Source: Nageia nagi (lineage: Eukaryota > Plantae > Pinophyta). From it: a DNA stretch of 64,000 nt. Below, piece after piece: positions 1-12,338 of the stretch. Every line of letters begins with the position of its first letter. Within the stretch, counting starts at the first letter, position 1. Both the position numbers and the translations under genes were made by a program. Location of the stretch: NCBI GenBank assembly GCA_050084985.1, contig JBITNC010000001.1, positions 9,300,001 through 9,364,000 of the forward strand. Reading direction: 5' to 3'. Below the pieces are notes generated by a model, which was not told where the DNA came from, did not search any database, and was given only the letters and a program-made list of their open reading frames with translations.

Positions 1-599
1 ACTTATGCATTTATCAAAATAAAATATTCTAAACGGTCATCCTTTCAGCAGCTGACTCCACTCAGCATCCGAAATGCCGAAATTCCTGTAGCCATGGTTG
101 ATATACGTGACCTTCTTGAGAAACTCTCCTTGTAGCACCTTAAGCATCAAATTGATCTTATACCAGTATTTGTCTATTACTTTAGAAGTTTGCTCATTTT
201 ATACCGCCAAATGGTTAATAACCTATTATGCTCAATAATTGTGTCTATCCTGATGAGGTTGATGTCCCTAATGTGCAAGAGTTCTTCAATCGGGTTCTTG
301 GTCTCTCGGACAACCTTGTTTACATTCCTAGCGTGACCATCTTCACTGTGTGGCCTAGGTGTTTCTGGAAAATAGTGCAATCTATCTTGGATTTTTTTTA
401 CCTCTAGCCTCTTTTGCTCTTACTGAAAAGCAACCCTGGATCATGCGGCTAATCAAATGTATCCTTTCAAGCAAATCGTATATTTTGAAAATGATGCTCT
501 GGTCACCTGATCTACTCTCCTTGCTTGTTGCATTTGAGTGGGAACATGCGACCTATATTACCTTTCGAAAATTCCTCAAACATAGCCTCAAATTGTTTC

Positions 600-2140
600 C
601 CTAGGCCTTTGCTGTCATTTGACAAGATTTCATGAAGTTGGAACACCTCTCTTGGTCGCATGGTTTTACTCTTAAGGCTTAGTCACTTGATTCCAATCAT
701 GCGACCTCCTACAACCTCAATGTTCCCCTTATATAGCCTTTTCATATCACTTGTCAACAATATGGAAACTACCCATGTGTTGGATCTCTAGGTTGCACGT
801 TTTGATGGTCATACACTGATCGCTTAGTTTGATGGTCATGCAACTTGCATATTGGTGGAAATATGCGACCACCATTTTGTCACTTGAAACTGGCATAAAA
901 TGAAGTCCCCTCTTGCTTTTACAGGTTTTTGATGCCACTGGTCACTTCTCTGCTAATTGGAGGTTCTTTGTTGCTTGGTCGCATGGTTCATGCCTTGGTC
1001 GCTTAGTTTCATTTGCATGCATCTTGCATTGAGGCTGAAGCATGCGACCACCCCTTTTACCACTTAGAATTTGCACAATGTGAGACCCTCGCCTTCTTTT
1101 ATAGGTTTTGATGCCACTTGTCACCTCTTGGCTAATTGGTTCCCTTTTTCAACTTGGTCGCACGTTTTGAGAGTAATGCCATGGTCACGCGTTTAAGGAG
1201 ACATGCCTGTTCCATCTTCCTCAAAACATGCGACAAACTAATTTGAGTATATCATGGTTGCACCTTTTTGACGTGATGCCTTGGTCGCGCACGTTGGGTG
1301 TAATGCTATGATCGTGTGTTTTAAGAGACATGCCTATTCCATCCTCCTCAAAACATGCGACCAACTAATTTGAGTATGCCTTGGTCGTGCGTTTTGGACA
1401 TGATTTCTTGGTAGTGCGTTTTAAGAGACATGCCTATTACATCTTCCTCAAAACATGCTACCAACTAATTTGAGTATGCCTTGGTCTCGCGTTTTGGACA
1501 TGATACCTTGGTTGCGCATTTTAGAGGGAATGCCTTGGTCATTCGTTTTAAGAGACATGCATATTCCATCTTCCTCAAAACATGTGACCAACTAATTTGA
1601 GTATGCCTTGTTTCGCTCGTTTTGGAAGGAATGCCTTGGTCGCACATTTTAAGAGACATGCCTATTCCATCTTCCTCAAAATATGCAACCAACTAATTTG
1701 AGTATATCATGGTTGCACGTTTTAGAGGGAATGCCTTGGTCACATAGTTTGAAGGTGATGCAAATTGCATTGTAGTGAAAACATGCAACCAACTAAAACC
1801 TTGCATTTTTCTTGCTCAAATGGGGTCCAAGCTTCCTTTTATGGATTCATGAGACATGTCACCTTCCAATGCTCCTCTAAGTTCATTCTTTTTGGGTCGC
1901 ACGGTTTGAAGGTGATGCAAATTGCATCCTAGTGAAAACATGTGACCAAGCCTAAACTTCATATTTTTTTGCAAATTCCACTTTCTGAGCCTTGTTTGCG
2001 ACCTTCTAAATGATTGGGACCTATCATGGCCTTGTTCACTTACTTGTTTTAGGTCTATGGTGTTTCGGGGTCATGTTTGGGTCACAAAGTTTTGGAAGAT
2101 GACTTCTTGCATTAGGATGAAAACATGCGACCTATATGAA
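600..2140. repeat. Modular repeat array built on GGTCGCATG...CATGCGACC inverted motifs; probably the non-coding interior of an LTR retrotransposon
   Basis: Five copies of core GAGACATGCCTATTCCATCTTCCTCAAAACATGCGACCAACTAATTTGAGTAT at about 1198, 1325, 1425, 1552 and 1653. Further duplicated modules at about 860-990/1040-1160 and 1738-1810/1895-1970. TE origin is inferred; no termini seen. Confidence 0.75.
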
Positions 2141-2340
2141 ACTTAGGATTTTTACAAGGAAATCGATACAATGTTCTCTTATCCTATACAAAAGACTAAT
2201 GGCAACATCTTAATCAAATTGGGCCAAGGTTTAGGGTTGTGTTGTGTCTCTTCAATCTATTTCATTTCAGACCATTTTGAAGAGCCAAACTTTCTACCTT
2301 GATTAATGATAGAAATGGAAGAGGAAAATCTAGTAGGAAG

Positions 2341-2760
2341 CAATAATATTGGAGTGAATCAAGGATGACCACTTTCATTCAATTTATTAGGTGTATCCAT
2401 AGCTGAGGTAGAACAAGAGATCAAGGATGGGGAAGGTGTTCATATTGCTGGTTACACATTGATGTTATATGATTTATGCTGATGATATCCTATTAATTGC
2501 GAAATATAAGGATAGTCTACACAAATACATATTTCCATTTGAACCAATTTTTGTTGTTACTATGAAATGGAAGTTATTGTGTATAAAACAGATGTAATAG
2601 TTATGGTCACTTAGATAAAGATTTATGTATTACATGCAATGGTGAAAAATTGAAAGTGGTTCAGACTCGCAAGTACTTGGGCCTTGAATTTGATTATAAT
2701 TATACTTGAAATTCATATGTAGATAAAAACAGATAGGAGGTATGAAAGCTCTTTATTCAT
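2341..2760 (+). mobile_element. Degenerate non-LTR retrotransposon (RTE/RTE-X-like LINE) reverse transcriptase fragment
   Basis: Manual translation with stops and frameshifts: NIGVNQG*PLS..., MIYADDILLIA (YADD motif), MEVIVYKTDVIVM, NGEKLKVVQTRKYLGLEF (KYLG motif). Confidence 0.8.
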
Positions 2761-5027
2761 TGGTAAACAAACATTTCCATCTAGGAAATGATAGACGAAG
2801 ATGAAAAAACATAGAAACAGACAAATGCCTATTGTGTAAACAAGAAGAAGTGGAGGATTGAAGGCATGTGGTGCTACATTGTCCAGAGTATGATCATTTA
2901 AGGCAAAAGCAATACCAAAATATGGACCTAAAAAATTTGGATACTTGTTAATTTTGCCATGAATGCAAGTGGGCAATTATATTAGGATGGCCTTGTTCAT
3001 AAAAGAATAAACAGTGATAAGATTCACGTCATTTTATGTGACAGGCTTGAATCAAAAGGAGCTAGCCTTTGTATCTTTTGTGTGATGATTTCGTTAATTT
3101 TTTTACTATGGATTAGTGGACATAATTAAAGTTATTTCACTGTTATTCGTTGCATTTTATTTTAATAGATATCCAAATACAAATTCTCTTTCTTTACATA
3201 GAGTCTTAATTTTGTTAAAACGTATCTATTAAAAACATTTGTTAGAGAGAATCTACAACTGGAGTCATAGCAAGGGAATCTGCCATTTGTTCTACTGATA
3301 TTGGTAACCTTTTGACCTTTAGTTGGAGTATATTTCTAGGTGCAAAACATTATATATATATAATGACAATAATAAGCATAATTTTTAAGGTCATATTACT
3401 TTATAATAATACACCAAAAATTGTAGTATCTTACATATTAGTTTAGATATTGAGACCACTTAATTCAATAGAGACTTAATTCAGTTACATGTTTTTGCTG
3501 ACGGAATCTTTCGAAAGTACCATTGATTGTTAATCTCTTAGTCACTTGTAGCTATGCTATTGACTTTCCTTTACCTTTATTGATTTTATACCCACTTTTT
3601 GGACAATATTTGCAGTACCTGGTGGAACTTAGATGATTTTCTTATACCAGGGACCATTCCCAATTATAGCCACTAATTACAGAATTCTGAAAGTTGGTGA
3701 TGTTTCTCTATATACATGTTCATGCCGATGCTTGCATTGTTTAGGACCTGGGTTGATTATTGGAGTCACTGCATAAGCTTTTAGGGTAGTCCCAAATTAT
3801 CAACAACTAAGTGGTGCCCAATAACAGGGGGGGAAAAGAGGACTTACCAAATATGAGTTAGAAGGAAGCGAAATCTCTAATGGATGAAACCACATTGTGA
3901 ATGATTCAATGAAATTTTTTTCTTTTTGATCATAGAGGGTTGATTGGAAAGTTGGTTTGTATCTTTTGAGTTCTTGAAAATTACTGAAATACTGTCTTGG
4001 GAGCTTTTTGATAGATGCTTCACCGTGAAGCTTCCAATTTGTCAGCATTCATCTTTTAATTGTATTCATCAAATGTATGATTCCCATCGCAAATTGAGGC
4101 CCTTCCAGAAGAATTCTTCATATGCTGAACCAAAGAGTTTTACTTTTTGACAACAATTGGAGCATTGAATAGTTGGTAAATCCAATTATTTATTGAGGAT
4201 TGGTTGGGTTTTTTTGTAGATGGGCCAAGTTTTCAATAAAAGACTCTCTTGTCTAGAGTGAAAGCTGTAGTCTTTCAGAAAAATTGATTGAGTTCATTTG
4301 AAATACTTATTATAGGAACCCAAAGACACCCAAGTTGTTCTTTTTTGAATATTGGTAAACCCATTTTTAAATTTCAGAGAAGGGCACTTCAATTCCTTTA
4401 ACATGTTCTACCATGTAAGGAAAGACAACCAAGCTTTAGAGAATTCCTTAATGGGACAATAGATTCGTGCAAAACACAAATATTGAAGATGGCATATTCC
4501 AACACACCTGCATCTCAAATTGGTTTATTTGCGTGCATGTACCCTGGCAACTATGAAGCTCACTTTAACTAAACCCATTTCACTGAAAGACAGAATTGGT
4601 TCATTACATGAACTGGAGCAAATATTCACCAGAAGTTCAATTTGTTTTTTTAGCTTGCAGAAGTTCATGTGGGCAGCGTCTTAGAACTAATTCATATTTT
4701 CCCTTGAAGAGAGATTATGGACGTACTAACACCTGTTAATCTAATTGCAAAAGTTCACAACTGATTGCCTAAGTCCATATTCAGTTATACTTCTTACATC
4801 TAATAGTGATGAACAAATGTATAATCCGTAAAAGACAATTCAATAGCCAGTATTACATTAAATTGTTCTTTTAAGTTTTGTAATAGTGGGAAAGAAGTTT
4901 ATGCTTTGGTAGATTTTTAAAATTTTTTTTTGGAGATGCACTGTAGACTTGTGATTATAGTGCTTTTTCTTATATGTTCTTATATTTCAACTTTAAAAAG
5001 CAATATCTTATTTGGTTTTCCATCCAG

Positions 5028-8000
5028 GTGGTTCTTGTAGCATCCATCATTACAAAGACAGGGAAAGGTATGCAAATGAACTGATACAAAATTATCCTAT
5101 GCAAACAGATGCATCATGGGAAATACATTTATATAATTTTTGTTTTTGACTTATTTTGTGGAATTACTTGTTTTGGCAACTAGTTTTAGCATATTATTGT
5201 TATCATGTGGCCTAACTAGTAAAGCTTAATTTTTCTTTGAAACATTTGCTTTTAAAAATTTAACCTAAAGCCACGTAAGTTGTAAAGTTCATGCAAAGAT
5301 TTTTGGCAAATGTTCATAGACACGCATCTAACTACAATTTTTCTTAATTTCGTAGATTCATTCAGTTATGCTGTATCTGATAAGGGCATTAATCATCGTG
5401 TGCATTTGCAGCTTTAGTGTCAAGGCAGTTTGTTCACATGTCTAGAATCAGGATTGAAGGATTACTCGCAGCTTTCCCTAAATTAGTTGGCATTGAAAAG
5501 CAACATACGTATGTTGAGAAAGAGAATGTTCGATATGTATACCAGCCTATGGAAATGCTATATTTGTTGCTTCTCACTAACAAGCAGAGTAATATCCTTG
5601 AGGATCTGGAGACATTAAGATTGCTTTCCAAACTTGTATCCTTGAAGATTTTTATCCATTTTACTGGTTTAGATAATTGATTCAGTACTTTTTACATATA
5701 CTGTATAAAAATTTCACTTGTTTTACATTTCAATGTTGTGGCCATTTCACTGGAACCCTGCTAGCTTAATCTTTCCACAAGTGTAAAATATCATAAATGA
5801 AGGATACGGGCACACTAAGAAGATGAAATACACGATTAGATCAATATTTTAAGGACAGTGTGAAGGCTCAAATATTACAATTGAGCTCCGATTCTATGAT
5901 TCATTGCCAAAATATGGATAAATTGCCTGTCCCAAATGATATTAGAAACATAATGAGTTTGAAATTTCCATAAACAATAAATCCGCAACTGTGGTTCTTG
6001 ATCCAATTTCCCATGATTTTAATTCCTTTAACCATTTTAGGTGCCTGAATACTCTGCTTCTTTAGATGAAGAAGGAATTTCAAATACGGCATTTGACTTG
6101 ATCTTTGCCTTTGATGAAGTCATATCACTTGGTCACAAGGAAAGTGTGACGATTGCACAAGTTAAGCAATACTGTGAGATGGAAAGTCATGAAGAACGTC
6201 TTCACAAGCTAATAATGCAAAGCAAGATCAATGATACTAAGGATGTTATGAAGCAAAAAGCTAGCGAGATTGATAAAAGCAAGGTATCATGCAAGGTTAC
6301 TTCCTTGAATCTGTTTGCATTCTATGCAAACCAATATGTTTCTTAATGTTTAGCACCTTGATGGAATTCTGTGTCACAGGTTGAAAAGATCAGGGGTGAT
6401 AGAGGTGGCACAATGTCATTACAATCAGCTGTCTCAATCAGATTGGAAAATGGTTTCAACGACCTAAGTATATCCGGAAGTGGTGGAGGTGGCTTTGGCA
6501 GCAACTCTGTTTATAGATCAAGTTCAGATATAGATTCATTTTCCAGCAAACCAAAAGGTTATTTAGTACATCTTTTACATTCTGAGCTTTGACATTCATT
6601 ACAACCTTATTTTTTCTATTTTGAATATCTGAGTTTCATGAGTTTTATTTTGAAATTATTATATCATTTAGGTCAAGCATCATCGGCTGCCTCTGCTCCT
6701 TCAAAGGGGCTTGGTATGCAACTAGGAAAGGCTAAAAAAGCAAACCAGTTTTTGGAATCCTTAAAAGCAGAAGGAGAAATTATCGTTGAGGACATGCAAC
6801 CTGTGGTGGGTCAATCTAGAAGTTCTGTTGCCATAGCAACAGAACTGATAACGATAACAGTTGAAGAGAAGCTTAATGTGGTTCTGAAACGTGATGGTGG
6901 GTTGAATAACTTGGAAGTGCAAGGTACACTTGCTCTGCAACTTCGGCAGAAAGAAGATGGATTCATACAAGTACAGGTGTGGAAATATTTATTGAAATTT
7001 CTACAACCTGCAAATAGATGATTTGTAGAAACATCATTTGTATATTGCAACATGGAATGCTATCTTTTTGATATTAAATGTTTGGGATTAAGATCGGTCA
7101 GTTTTTTGAATTTCATTGCATTTCAGATTGAGACGGGGGAAAACAAAGGGTTTCAATTCAAGACACATCCAAACATTAACAAGGAGTTATTCTCAAATGA
7201 GAACCTGTTGGGTCTTAAGGATCCTAGCAGGCCCTTTCCTTCTGGTCCAACTGGTGATGCACTGGGAGTGGGTCTGTTGAAGTGGAGAATGCAAAGTTTA
7301 GAGGAGGAGCTCGTACCTTTGAGCAGTAAGATTTTAGGATAAAAAACTGTATTTTATCATATAACAATTCTTATTGTTAGTTTTTCATGATTCAAATGGT
7401 GTCAAACAGAAACATTGTCCTGTTCGAAGACTGCTTTTATTTTATCTAAATATATTGATGGAACATGAAAGACACATATTATCGTTGAAAATTTTATTAT
7501 GATGGTTTACAAAACTGTTTCCAAATATTAGGCTTTTTCTCTTTCCAGGCACAAAAAGGTGTAGCATAAAAAGAATTGCAACAAATTCTGCAATGCAAAT
7601 TTTTCATATCTGGATTTTCTTGCATGCTTCGCAGTTAATTGCTGGCCATCAATTGCTGATGGGGAAACCTACGTGAATATTGAATATGAGGCATCAAAGA
7701 TGCTCCACCTACAGAATGTTAACATTTCGATACCTTTGCCAGCCTTTCGAGATCCACCCAATGTCAAACAGGTCGATGGAGAGTGGAGGTGTGTATAAAT
7801 CTATTTAGACATGATAACTATCTTAGACTCTTTTCTAGGCTAAGCACATTTTCTTACGGGAAAATGTTATGTCTCATACAGATACGATTCAAGGAGGTCT
7901 GTACTACATTGGACCATTCTTCTAATAGATAAATCAAATCCCAGGTAAATTAACTAGATCAATTTATATACTTTGTATGGTCGAGGAATTAGTATTGCAT

Positions 8001-8433
8001 TATTATGTATTTGTAAATTTCCTTCTCTTTGTCATCTCTCTTTTATCTCTGTAATTGTTCTGTACGAGCAAATCCTAACTAGGTTTTTCTTTTGCAGTGG
8101 GTCTATGGAGTTTGTGGTGCCTAAATCAGACCCGTCTTTATTCTTTCCAATAGATGTGAGATTTACAGCAGTCCAGACTTTCTGTGATATCAAGGTAATT
8201 CACTTGTATATTGCTCATTTTGTAAAAAGCAGTTATGTTGCAGTAATCTATTCACACATATTGAGTGTGTTCGTACCCATTGTAGCATAAACCTATTTGT
8301 GATGTAGTTTGCATATATTGCCTGTATTTGTATGGGACTTCAGGTTGCTGGTGTGCTGCCCACAAGAGGAGGATCACCTCCAAAGTTTGCCTACACAACG
8401 CTGCTGGTAACAGACAATTACCAAGTCATATGA
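5028..8433 (+). CDS. COPD: Coatomer subunit delta (delta-COP; ARCN1/RET2 orthologue), spliced; start-codon exon upstream and not located
   Basis: Exons 5028-5067, 5412-5635, 6041-6283, 6380-6557, 6672-6976, 7127-7325, 7635-7788, 7882-7944, 8098-8194, 8344-8433(TGA). All introns are GT-AG with consistent phases; 1593 nt = 530 aa + stop. Protein [38 protein letters not shown]...MESHEERLH...[12 protein letters not shown]...PLSINCWPS...GSMEFVVP...FFPIDVRF...DNYQVI* matches the longin plus mu-homology layout of delta-COP. Confidence 0.96.
5636..6040 (+). other. U12-type (minor spliceosome) GT-AG intron in delta-COP
   Basis: 5' splice site GTATCCTTG (U12 consensus RTATCCTT). Branch site TTCCTTTAAC at 6023-6032, 8 nt before the intron end, with no long polypyrimidine tract. 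Confidence 0.85.
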
Positions 8434-9689
8434 TTGTTGAGAATCTCTTTTGTAAGATTGTAATTAAGTTGTTGCAGCAGTCTAAAGGTTTCAAAATCAA
8501 ACATAATTGAGTTGGGCTTTCCAAGGAGTAATATGCTGCAATGCCCTTTGTTTTTGTTTAGGGATTTTTACACTTTTGTGGTCGGCTTAGTCATTGTTAT
8601 TTTTAATGATTAGTAATATTTTTGATTCAAAAACATTGATATGAGTTATGCTAATAAATGCTATTCTGCCTAAATAATTTGAGTCTGGAAGTTAGTATTA
8701 GTATTTTTGTATTGGAGGGAAGTAGATGAATATTTTTAATTTCATTCTGGTTGGACACTATTTGATGTTCAATTTTACCAATAGATACCCTTCTGCATCA
8801 TTTTTTAATGGCCGCATTTTCTATCCAATGGAATACTATTGTTTAACATTTTATGTGCCTACAGGTATGTATAGATAATTTTGCTCAGAGAGGCATAATC
8901 CCAACATTTTCTATTTAAGCACAATAGAAGTCTTGTGCTTCTAATTTCATGATTTTCTAGTTCCATATATGATTTATAGCATGTGGTTTATGTGGTGATG
9001 CAAGGGTATGGCAAATTTAGCAGAACAACATGCAAATGTTTTGCAGTTTTGCTAAATAGGGATTTTGATGTCTAATATTCAGAGCTGTATGGATGGAAGA
9101 CTCTCTTTCCTTCAATCTATGAAGAAGGGATTGAAACAGGTTTTCTTTTTCGGAGAACAAATGAGATGTGCCTTTTCAGACAGAATAGCTGTACTTGCAC
9201 ATCATTATGCATGGCAGCATGAGCACCTTATAAAATAAAAAACACGAAATGAATACTGGTTGAGAAAGCTATATGGGGAATGTTTCCTTAACATATATGC
9301 AAAAAAAAATGACATGCAGAAACATTTAAAACATTGAAATTGTCGGAGATGCATTAAGAAGTTTATGGTATTTGTAAGTATTACTACTCTTGAAAGATCA
9401 TAGGGTTGTCTCTTTAATAAAGAGTGAATATGCAAAACGTCTACATGCAATCAATTGTTTTATAAATGGGGAAACCTAGGCATTTATAAATTTATGATCC
9501 ATATAATCACTACAATTATATAAAGATTGATTGATTTGGGAAGTAATACATTAAAATAAGAATCAAATATAGATAGATAGATGTCTTTTAACATCCTTTT
9601 AAACCCATTGGTTTGTAGGACCCATAAAAGTTTGTCAAGAAGTAAATATATATCAATAAGTATTTGAATGATTGTTTCTCATATAATTT

Positions 9690-10350
9690 AGGGGCACAAC
9701 ACAAGTAAAATAAGTGAATGATTTTCAACTTTATAAGATTCAATTGTTGCCATCCAAGATGCACCACTCGAAGGGATACAAAACAAAGAACTATTTAATT
9801 GCAACCATTTCTCAAACAAGCTCCATTCAAGCTCAAAATACATGTGCACGAAATAAGCCAAGAGACTTGCAAAGTGGATTCTTTCTATCCGCAAGTCCAC
9901 ATTGTTCTTACAAAATCAAATCCCCTATCATATATCTAAAAACTATTGTAAAGAAAAGTCCAAAATATTTCCTCTTCCTCTTGTTGTAACTCCTATTTAA
10001 CAAAATCTAATGTAAAATTTTGATCCTAATTCAGGTTACAATAGAAGATATTAATTACCAAAAGTCAAAATAAAAGATCCCATCAAAGTGCATCAAAATT
10101 ATTGAAAACATTACAAAATTGTTGAATCTTTGTTTGTTCTCGGATCCTATATCATTGATAGTTTTAAATGTCTCATAAGCTTTAAGATATCAAAGGCCAG
10201 ACTTAATGCTATGATAGATATGGGTTTGAGAATAGATAAAGGATGTGCCAACAAGTTGTGAGAGCTCATGAAGCAATTGCGAATTGCAAGTAGAGATCCA
10301 GAGGGATCTGATAAGATCGTGAGGGTTGAGGAAATTACACTTGAGGAGAG
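9690..10350 (-). mobile_element. Possible highly decayed L1 ORF1 remnant
   Basis: Minus-strand translation fragments (ESTLQVSWLIS..., GWQQLNLIKL) loosely resemble the C-terminal half of plant L1 ORF1. Weak. Confidence 0.25.
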
Positions 10351-10364
10351 GTTAAGAGTGAGGA

Positions 10365-10655
10365 AGTTTATGAGTCCTAGTCCATTATTAGGGTTTGCTA
10401 TGTGTAAGTTGTAGGCTAGTTTTAGGTTGTGTTTGTGTGTCTTAGACCTTTTGATGAAGGCGGTGTTGTCGCCATCAAGGAATATTTAATGATGACATTA
10501 ATGATGTGCATCTCCCTTCAACGCACCTACAATCGGGAATCATTTTAGTCCAAGTCTATTATTGGAGCTTGATATGTATGAGTCGTAGGCTAATTCTATG
10601 TTGTGTTTGTGTCTTAGGCTTGTTGGTGAAGACTTTATCATCGTCATCAAGGAAT
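10365..10655. repeat. Diverged direct repeat, 2 x about 120 bp
   Basis: ...GTAGGCTAGTTTTAGGTTGTGTTTGTGTGTCTTAG...CATCAAGGAATAT (about 10370-10485) recurs as GTAGGCTAATTCTATGTTGTGTTTGTGTCTTAG...CATCAAGGAATAT (about 10545-10657). Confidence 0.65.
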
Positions 10656-12338
10656 ATAAAAATTCAAAATTTACATTCTTATATAAATTGTGGAGTTGGT
10701 ATTGGTAGAGTTATTGATAATATACTTCTGAAGCACTTTCATGAGGTAAGGAATATCATCATTTTCCCTAAATAACATGCTTGAAATGTCACCAAATTGG
10801 AACTGATGCTCTACTTGCAAAGATGAAGATATATAAGGAACTATTAACAAGAGACTAGTGAGAATGCAGTCAAGAAAACAAACAATCCCCTTGAAGGAAA
10901 GGGTTTATCTTATTTTAAGAGTTGAAAAATGAAGAGGAAGACAAAGTAGATCATATAGCTACTTATTTCAATCCAAACATAATGAAAAATACATTGATGA
11001 AATCCCAATCTAACCTCTGATGCTTTGGTTACATAATTATTGAAGAGTTTGCTCAATTAGAGGCAAATATTAAAATTTTTGTGGCCCCCAAAACTACAGG
11101 AAAAATAAAGTTTATTTAATATAAAAAATAAATATTTTTTAAAAACATTAAAGCATCACCAAAAAAGTGAAAATTTTAGGGTATGTGCAAAATTTCAAAG
11201 GGGGTTATGGCGATGAAAATTGTAGACCTCAACTAAAGAATGCATGAATTTAATTATGAAGGGAACCATGAATTGCATGGTTGCCATGAAGAGAAGAGAA
11301 ATTGTTTGGATAGGAGAGGAATGTCGATTTACCATAAAGCACCTACATTTTTAGAGGGCCACAAGCTATCAAGGAGGAGAGCTACAAGTCATGCATGTAC
11401 TAGATACGATGATTTGTAGTAGTTCAATTCACCTTTTCTAACATTCATGGAGAGTGTGTAGAGGCCACGAAGGAGAGCTATGATAAAGTTACAAAAGCCC
11501 GCATCAGGGATAAGAGGAGCTATGAGTGGTGCATGTGAGGGGCCTTAGGTGAATGCATGATGCGTGAGCTAGGTGAAGGTGTGAGAGAACATGTATTCCT
11601 CACAAAGGAAAGATGTGTGCCAGGGAAGGTGAGTGGGGGGAGATAAGGGTTTGAGCGGAAAGGTTTGGGGAGAAGTAGAAATTGAACAAACCATCCACAT
11701 GATCTAAAATAAGCATGATCTTGAGGTACATATGCTAGAGAGAGAACTCTGCACTAAACCACACACGTCTGGATTAATGTATCTAAGAAAACATAATGCA
11801 TTGCAGGATCTTAAAACTAGACCGGATCAAAGAGCTTCAGACTTGCAAACCAATAATTGAAAAAACATTGCAAGGGATTCAAGAATTCTATTAAGCTCTA
11901 GAAAGACAAAAAATACTATTCTAGATAAAAAAAATCATAAACATGCATAACACTAAAAAACTCCCCAAAATCATATAGATATTCATAGTACTACAAAAAA
12001 AACTCCATAAACTTATGAAACTGATTGATTATTATGTAGAAAGGTTCTTGCATAAATAGGCAGGTGCAAATAATACACTTTGTGAGATATTATGGATCAT
12101 AACAAATGATTTGTTATGAGTCTATAACAAAAAGTAAAAGGAATGTTAAAACTCTCATGAGGAAGTGGTTTTTGAGATTTGTTAGGGTTTTGAATTGAGT
12201 TCTGTTGCATGCATAATTTCTTATCCATATTTATTTTCATTCTATCGTCCTTTCATAGTATTAGCAGGTTTTATTTGCATTAATTATCTCTTGAGGTTGG
12301 TGTCACCGCCATTGGTGACACTTCAACCTCGTTTATTT

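Noticed and set aside
1-600. Minus-strand degenerate coding-like sequence
   Set aside because: Broken by many stops and not assignable; possibly a TE accessory ORF, but unsupported.
1150-1745. CRISPR-like look of repeat cores separated by variable segments
   Set aside because: The intervening segments are themselves repeats of a 27-bp subunit, the cores are degenerate, the context is eukaryotic and there are no cas genes.
3800-4640. Short ORFs upstream of delta-COP as a separate gene
   Set aside because: No recognisable domain in any frame and no coherent exon chain.
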